Origin: Gemmatimonadota bacterium | GTDB lineage: Bacteria; Gemmatimonadota; Gemmatimonadetes; Palauibacterales; KS3-K002 | DNA length: 64,000 bases | Direction of reading: 5' to 3' | Assembly (NCBI GenBank): GCA_039586795.1 | Contig: JBDHJS010000027.1 | Location: 20,372 to 84,371 of the forward strand | Shown: positions 58,512 through 64,000 of the stretch, in pieces | Layout: each line of letters starts with the position of its first letter | How positions within the stretch are numbered: the stretch's first letter is position 1 | Translations under genes and position numbers: made by a program | The notes under the pieces: model-generated | The model's database searches: none | Seen by the model: only the letters and a program-made list of their open reading frames with translations | Told to the model about the DNA's origin: nothing

Positions 58512-60101
58512 ATGATTCAGCGAATACTCAGTAAGGCGCGTTCCGCGCGCTCGGCGTTCCGCGTCCCGCTGCTTGCGGTCGCAACCAGCATCGTCCTAGC
58601 ACTCGTGGTCACCGCCTGCGGCGACGATGGAACGGGTCCGGGTCCGACGATCGCCACGATTACGATCTCGGCGACCACGACGACGTTGACCGCGCTGGAC
58701 GAGACGACGCAGTACACGGCCACGGCACTGGATGCCAATGGAGATCCGGTCGGCAGCGTGACCTTCACTTGGTCGTCATCGAATAACGCTGTGGCGACGG
58801 TCAACTCCAGCGGTCTGGTGACGGCGGAAGGTAATGGTACGGCGACGATCACCGCATCAGCAGGCGGAAGGAGCGGTTCCTCCGGTGTGACAGTGGCTCA
58901 GGAAGTGAGTCAGGCCGTCTTCACTGTGCCGCCAACGAACTGGTCGGCAGGAGTAACCTTCGCGACGGATGTCGTGGTGGAGCTGCGTGACGCAAACGAC
59001 AACGTCGCCGAGAACAACAACAATGCAGTCACACTGTCAATCGGCAACAACCCGAACAGCGGCACGCTGCTGGGTACTTTCACCCGTGACGCGGTGGCGG
59101 GCGTAGCGACCTTCCCGGGCTTGTCGATTGACAATCCGGGCGCCGGCTACACGTTGGAGGCCACACAGGGAACGGTTGACGGTGAGAGCGACCCCTTTAA
59201 CCTGACACTCCCGTCGGTCTACGTACCCAATTCTGGCAGCAACTCGGTTTCCGTCATCTCCACGGCGACCAACTCGGTGATCACGACGGTGCCCGTGGGT
59301 GGCAACCCGCGCGGTATAGCGATTTCGCCGGATGGCCTCATTGCCTATGTCTCCAACGGTGCCGGGAGCTCGGTCTCGGTAGTCGAGACACCGACGAATA
59401 GTGTTGCGACGACGATAACGGTTGGCACATCGCCGGAGGGCATCGCCTTCACTCCAGATGGAACGACCGCCTATGTCGTGAATCGGAACGGCACGATCTC
59501 CGTCATCGACGCGTCGACCAACACGGTAACGACGACGATCACCGGCGTCGGTACAGACCCCACCGACATTGCTGTGACGCCGGATGGAACCGCTGCTTAT
59601 GTGTCGGTGTTTGGAGCAGACTCGGTGGCGGTGATCTCGACGGCCACGAATACGGTGACAGCGAGGATCGCGGTGGGGGCTGGGCCCTTCTCGGCCACTG
59701 TGACTCCCGATGGTCAGTTCGTGTATGTGCCTAATGGCACCGCGACTACGGTCTCTGTGATTAGCACGTCGTCGAATACAGTGACGGCGACGATCCCAGT
59801 CGGTTTAGGTCCGTCCTCGGTAGCGATTAGTCCCGATGGTGCCCTCGCTTATGTGACGAACAACGGGTCCAGCACGGTCTCGGTCATCGCCACCGCCACG
59901 AACACCGTCACGACCACGTTCCCGCTCGGCTCCGGACCGGGTGATGGAGGATTCAAACCCGAGGGAGATGTGATATACATCTCCAACTTCGGCAACGGAA
60001 CGGTATCTGTGGTCGATGTAGCGACTAACAATCTGGTGACAACGATAAGCGTCGGGTCGAGCCCGGTGCGGCTGTCCGTCATGCCGGCGCCGGCTCCGTA
60101 G
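58512..60101 (+). CDS. Lipoprotein with Ig-like domains and YVTN beta-propeller
   Basis: VTAC lipobox; TWSSSNNAVATV (Big_2-like); about 7 repeats of SPDG-x2-AYVTN-x4-TVSVI; likely start 58512. Confidence 0.88.
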   Translation: MIQRILSKARSARSAFRVPLLAVATSIVLALVVTACGDDGTGPGPTIATITISATTTTLTALDETTQYTATALDANGDPVGSVTFTWSSSNNAVATVNSSGLVTAEGNGTATITASAGGRSGSSGVTVAQEVSQAVFTVPPTNWSAGVTFATDVVVELRDANDNVAENNNNAVTLSIGNNPNSGTLLGTFTRDAVAGVATFPGLSIDNPGAGYTLEATQGTVDGESDPFNLTLPSVYVPNSGSNSVSVISTATNSVITTVPVGGNPRGIAISPDGLIAYVSNGAGSSVSVVETPTNSVATTITVGTSPEGIAFTPDGTTAYVVNRNGTISVIDASTNTVTTTITGVGTDPTDIAVTPDGTAAYVSVFGADSVAVISTATNTVTARIAVGAGPFSATVTPDGQFVYVPNGTATTVSVISTSSNTVTATIPVGLGPSSVAISPDGALAYVTNNGSSTVSVIATATNTVTTTFPLGSGPGDGGFKPEGDVIYISNFGNGTVSVVDVATNNLVTTISVGSSPVRLSVMPAPAP

Positions 60102-60153
60102 GCGGCGCGGAACATCACGCGGCGTCTCAGGCAGCGGCAGAAGCCGTTTTCTG

Positions 60154-60183
60154 GAAAGGCGGCTCGCTTCCGAGCCGCCTTTC
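60154..60183. terminator. Intrinsic terminator, probably bidirectional
   Basis: GAAAGGCGGCTCG-cttc-CGAGCCGCCTTTC followed by tgttgtt, between convergent genes. Confidence 0.7.
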
Positions 60184-60229
60184 TGTTGTTGGGCGATCAG
60201 GGCAAACGGAGCCAGTCGGCGTCGCCCGC

Positions 60230-61640
60230 TCAGCGAATCGGAACCCGCACCGTAAACATATGCGCCCCGACCGTCGCGCCCTGCAGCGTCAGCGGCGCGT
60301 TCGGCGCCGGTATGAAGTCCGACGACAAAGCCTCTGCGACCGGAACGCCTCCCCCGGCTGTCCCCGGCCGACCCACTCCAGTCGTCACTTGTCCCTGGTA
60401 AAAAAGCTCGACGCCGGAGAGCGTGACGCTAAACCCCCAGGTCGGAGTCCACTCGATCCACCCCTCCGTCTGCGTCCGCTTCGTCTCCTGCACATTGTCG
60501 GTCTGCTTCAGCTCGTAGTCGATCGACCTCACTTTCAGGCCGAACTGAAAACCGACGGTCGGCGCCTGGTAGCCGAACCCCGCGCGGATCAGCGCGTTGG
60601 TGAACGTGAACTCGTTCTCGCCCACGTGTCCGACCAGATCGGCTCCAGGATGAAATCGACCCCGAACGTCGCGCGGTCCACAGATCGCGATATCCCTAGC
60701 CCGGCGTTGACCCCGAACGAGTTCCCCGGATCCCGGGGGATGTTCATGATCTCGTAGTTGGGGATCTTCGGATGCGACTTCCAGTTGCCGGTGAGGATCC
60801 CGCCGATCTGCCAGCCTTCCGCGGCCAGCGGCTGCATGTAGGCGAGGTGGAGGCCCCAGGTTCGGGTCCGGTCGAGGTTGGTCTCGGTCCTCGAGATCAG
60901 CATCGGGTCGATCGGCGTGAACGTGTCGATGGGCTCGGGTGCGAACCACTCCTGGTATGTGACTTCGTGTGTCATGTCCACGTAGTTTTAAAGCGCCACC
61001 ACCTCGTAACGACCCGCCTCACCCAGTTCGCCGTACAGGCCGAGGCGCGCGTCCACCAGGTCTCCCGTCTGGTCGATCGACTGGCTGCCCGCGTAGAGGA
61101 CATCGACGCCTTGAACCGCGTTGAGCCCCGCCCAGAAGACGCCCACGCCCAGCGCGGCCCGCGTCTCGGGCAAACGTGTGCCTAGGAAGCCGGCGGCGTA
61201 AATGTTGTTGGCCGAGCTCTCACTCAATAGGTCGGCGCCGAACACAGGACCGAAGAACGTTTGCGCCGTCTCGATCTGTTGCAGCGACAGCAGGGCTCCG
61301 CCGAACCAGCGCCGCCCGCTCATCTCCACCGTGAGCGGGAACGCGCGCCCGGCGCCGCCATCGTTCGACGCGTCGTACAGCGACGGCGTCGCGAACAGCT
61401 GTGAGCCCTCCAGTCGGCTCCCCATCGCCGGATTGATGAACGGATCGAGGAACAGGTCGTTGAGCGCGATCGACACGCTTCCCATCCCCCGGTTTTGCGA
61501 TGGGAAGAAGAGGAACTGGTCCTCGGTGGCGATGGGGATCGTCTTGATCGAGATCAGCTGGCCCGACAGCAGCGTCGGGGTCAGGAGCAGCAGGGCGAGT
61601 GCGGACAGGTAATGAGCGGTGAACCGACGAGGCACGTTCA
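60230..61640 (-). pseudogene. Disrupted outer-membrane beta-barrel-like protein
   Basis: Signal peptide ORF from 61640; in-frame TAA at 60990-60988 with the frame continuing NYVDMTHEV; frameshift near 60620 (SDTWA to ENEFTF); terminal strand FTVRVPIR. Confidence 0.8.
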
Positions 61641-61829
61641 TGAGGCACCGTTCCTTCGATTGATCGCGCCACCCCGAGCCGGCGGGGAGTGCCGGCGCAG
61701 GGCGAAGCCTTCGCTGCGATCTAGGAAATGGTATCGGGGTCACCCCCGCATCATGTCGTGCCTGTGTCTATGAGATGCGGGAGCCGGCAAGCCGTTAAAC
61801 CGGGGCCGTTCGGTTCCAACCCTTCCTGA

Positions 61830-61848
61830 CCCCTTAGTATCTAAGAGG
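61830..61848. promoter_or_regulatory. Putative PadR operator
   Basis: CCCCTTAG-tat-CTAAGAGG palindrome about 20 bp upstream of padR. Confidence 0.55.
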
Positions 61849-61867
61849 TAGACGCTAGGGGGAAAGC

Positions 61868-62191
61868 ATGGATCTGCTCAAAGGAACGCTCGACGTCATG
61901 GTGCTGAAGACCCTCTCCTGGGGGCCGATGCACGGGTATGCCATGACCCGCTGGATCCGCCGCCGCACGGACGGCGATCTAGATATAGACGACGCGGCGC
62001 TCTACCAGGCGCTCCATCGCATGGCGCGCCGCGGCTGGATCGAGTCCGAGTGGGGTCTGTCGGAGAACAACCGGAAAGCCAAGTACTACCGGTTGACGCG
62101 GGAGGGTCGGGCGCGGTTGGCCGAGGAGGTGACGTCGATTCGTCGCTACACCGAGGCGCTTTGGAAGGTGCTGGGGGCGGAGGGGGCGTGA
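61868..62191 (+). CDS. PadR family regulator (acidobacterial type)
   Basis: MDLLKGTLDVMVLKTL, HGY, ALYQALHR, WGLSENNRKAKYY. Confidence 0.93.
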   Translation: MDLLKGTLDVMVLKTLSWGPMHGYAMTRWIRRRTDGDLDIDDAALYQALHRMARRGWIESEWGLSENNRKAKYYRLTREGRARLAEEVTSIRRYTEALWKVLGAEGA

Positions 62192-62192
62192 C

Positions 62193-62234
62193 GGGCGGTA
62201 GGTGGTAAGGGGTGAGGAGTAAGGGGTAGAGGGT
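62193..62234 (+). repeat. Purine-rich degenerate 7-bp tandem array (6 units)
   Basis: gggcggt/aggtggt/aaggggt/gaggagt/aaggggt/agagggt directly after the padR stop. Confidence 0.7.
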
Positions 62235-62260
62235 CGCTTTGACTGAAGAGGATGATGGTC

Positions 62261-64000
62261 ATGGGTCGTTTGCCTGATGGGGTTCGGCGGAAATTTCGGA
62301 TGCGACGTGGACTGAAGGAGCAGGTCGCGGATGAGGTGGATGAGGAGATTCAGTTCCACTTGGAGTCCCGCATCGAGGAGTTGATGGGAGAGGGTTGTGA
62401 TCGTGCTGAGGCCGAGCGTCGCGCTCGGGGCGAGTTCGGTGACTTGAGAGAAGCGCGGCGTGCGTTGCGGGGTGAGTCGACCCGGGCGGAGCGGAAGATC
62501 CGGCGTACCGAGTGGGTGCACGATTTCCTGCAGGACGTGCGCTACGGTTGGCGCAGGTTGCGGTCACGGCCCGGCTTCGCCGCGGTAGCGATCCTCACGC
62601 TTGCGCTGGGGATCGGAGCCAACACGGCCATCTTCAGCGTCGTGCATGCGGTTCTGCTCAGACCACTTTCGTATCCGCAGCCCGACCGGCTGGTCAGACT
62701 TTGGGAGGTGGAGCCTACCGGACACGACCACAACGTTATCTCCAGCGGCAACTACCTGGACTGGAAGGAGCGAGCGTCGTCATTCGAGCTGTTGGGCGCG
62801 CACAGTTGGAACTTTGGAAGCGGGCTGATCGCGGATGACGGACAACCCGTTCATGCGATGGGTGTGGGTATGACACCAAACATCTTCCGCATGCTCGGTG
62901 CCAGTGCGCAGCTCGGGCGCACGTTCACGACCGAGGAAGAGGTGAGTGGCGATGTCGTTATCCTGAGCCACGGTTTCTGGCAGAGCCACTTCGGTGGTGA
63001 GGATGATGTGTTGGGGCGCTCGTTGTCGGTGGATGAGCGGCCGGTGACGATCGTCGGCGTGATGCCGCCCGACTTCAACTTCCCATTCCCGAACCTCGAA
63101 TTCTGGCTGCCCTTGCAGTTCGACGAGGAAGACCGACAGGAGCGGCGAGCGCATCGGTGGGGCGTGGTTGGCCGGCTGAAGGACGGCGTGCCGCGTGAGC
63201 GCGCGCAGGGCGAGATGGATGCGATCGCTCTGCGTCTGGCGGAGGAGTATCCCCAGTATATGGAAGGGTGGGGCATAAACGTGCAGCCGTTCCGTTCGGA
63301 CATGGTGAGAACGGTTCGGCCGCTGCTGTTCGTCTTGCTGGGTGTCGTTGTCGTGGTGTTGCTCATCGCCTGTGCTAACCTGGCGAACCTGCTGCTTGCC
63401 CGGGCGATGTCTCGCGAACGAGAGGTGGCGTTGCGCGGCGCGCTGGGTGCGGGCCGCCTGCGGTTGGTGCGCCAGTTTTTGACCGAGAGCGCCCTGCTTG
63501 CTATGCTCGGCGGGGCCCTCGGTGTCGTCCTGATCTACGTGGGGCTCGATTCGCTCGTGGCTGTGGCTCCGCCGGACATCCCGTTGCTCGAGCAGACGCG
63601 CGTCGATCCCGTCGTCCTGGGGTTCGCAGCCGCCGCGACCATCTTTGCCACCCTCTTCTTTGGATTGCTGCCGGCGTTACGCGTAACGGCGACGGATCTG
63701 CAGTCGACGCTCCGTGCAGGCGGAGAACGTAGCGGTACTCGCAACGCGGGCCTCCGTTCGGCTCTGCTTATATCTGAGGTTGCCCTATGCGTGGTTCTTC
63801 TCGTGGGTGCCGGTCTTCTGGTGCGGAGCTTCGTACGACTGCAGACAACCGACCTCGGGTTCAACTCCGAGAACCTGTTCGTTGCTTGGCTCAATCTTCC
63901 GGCTCAGCGTTACGAAAGTACTCCGGATCACGTCGATTTCTTCACGCAGTTGCTGGAGCGAACCGCGGCGCTCCCGGGTGTGACGTCGGTGTCCGGAACG
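62261..64000 (+). CDS. ADOP-type duplicated orphan ABC permease with prefix domain (partial, runs off the window)
   Basis: Not in the ORF track because there is no stop in the window; MGRLPDG...EVDEEIQFHLE...QDVRYGWRRL...TLALGIGANTAIFSVV...ACANLANLLLAR; start 62252 or 62261. Confidence 0.9.
   Translation, partial: MGRLPDGVRRKFRMRRGLKEQVADEVDEEIQFHLESRIEELMGEGCDRAEAERRARGEFGDLREARRALRGESTRAERKIRRTEWVHDFLQDVRYGWRRLRSRPGFAAVAILTLALGIGANTAIFSVVHAVLLRPLSYPQPDRLVRLWEVEPTGHDHNVISSGNYLDWKERASSFELLGAHSWNFGSGLIADDGQPVHAMGVGMTPNIFRMLGASAQLGRTFTTEEEVSGDVVILSHGFWQSHFGGEDDVLGRSLSVDERPVTIVGVMPPDFNFPFPNLEFWLPLQFDEEDRQERRAHRWGVVGRLKDGVPRERAQGEMDAIALRLAEEYPQYMEGWGINVQPFRSDMVRTVRPLLFVLLGVVVVVLLIACANLANLLLARAMSREREVALRGALGAGRLRLVRQFLTESALLAMLGGALGVVLIYVGLDSLVAVAPPDIPLLEQTRVDPVVLGFAAAATIFATLFFGLLPALRVTATDLQSTLRAGGERSGTRNAGLRSALLISEVALCVVLLVGAGLLVRSFVRLQTTDLGFNSENLFVAWLNLPAQRYESTPDHVDFFTQLLERTAALPGVTSVSGT

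Noticed and set aside
59210..60080. DNA-level tandem repeats in the YVTN gene (and PD40 genes such as 26043-27221)
   Set aside because: Explained by ordinary beta-propeller blade repeats with diverged codons
60589..60990. Programmed frameshift or readthrough in the beta-barrel gene
   Set aside because: Two independent lesions (TAA and a frameshift) and no slippery heptamer or homopolymer at the frameshift
1..64000. tRNA, rRNA, IS elements, prophage genes
   Set aside because: No cloverleaf/T-loop context, rRNA-like sequence, transposase, integrase or phage structural motif recognised by eye; a tRNAscan/Infernal/ISEScan run would be needed to exclude them formally

Overview
A GC-rich bacterial accessory region with no rRNA, tRNA, CRISPR array, transposase, integrase or reverse transcriptase that I can recognise. 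Gene content resembles Gemmatimonadota/Acidobacteriota; this is an inference from the gene families, not a marker-gene assignment. It contains exported hydrolases (S9, S8 and S33 peptidases, an esterase, a PD40-amidohydrolase), two Ser/Thr kinases, four kinase-less membrane TPR receptors, three orphan duplicated ABC permeases (ADOP; two with PadR, one behind a sigma54-type promoter), a YtrA/GntR operon with two ABC modules, a xylose isomerase-like/xylulokinase/SSS sugar locus and several lipoproteins. Most notable observations: (1) a 70-bp direct repeat built of 7-bp units that brackets a kinase gene, plus another heptamer array at a gene end; (2) an XRE regulator with a 24-bp palindromic operator and an uncharacterised conserved 338-aa partner; (3) a 58-aa basic small protein missed by the ORF track; (4) an ABC ATPase with a clean in-frame loss of its signature motif; (5) two sigma54 promoter/enhancer architectures, one driving an ICMT-like methyltransferase-HEAT fusion; (6) several deletion-type pseudogenes and local C-depleted codon patches. 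All product calls come from motifs read by eye; no database search was run.
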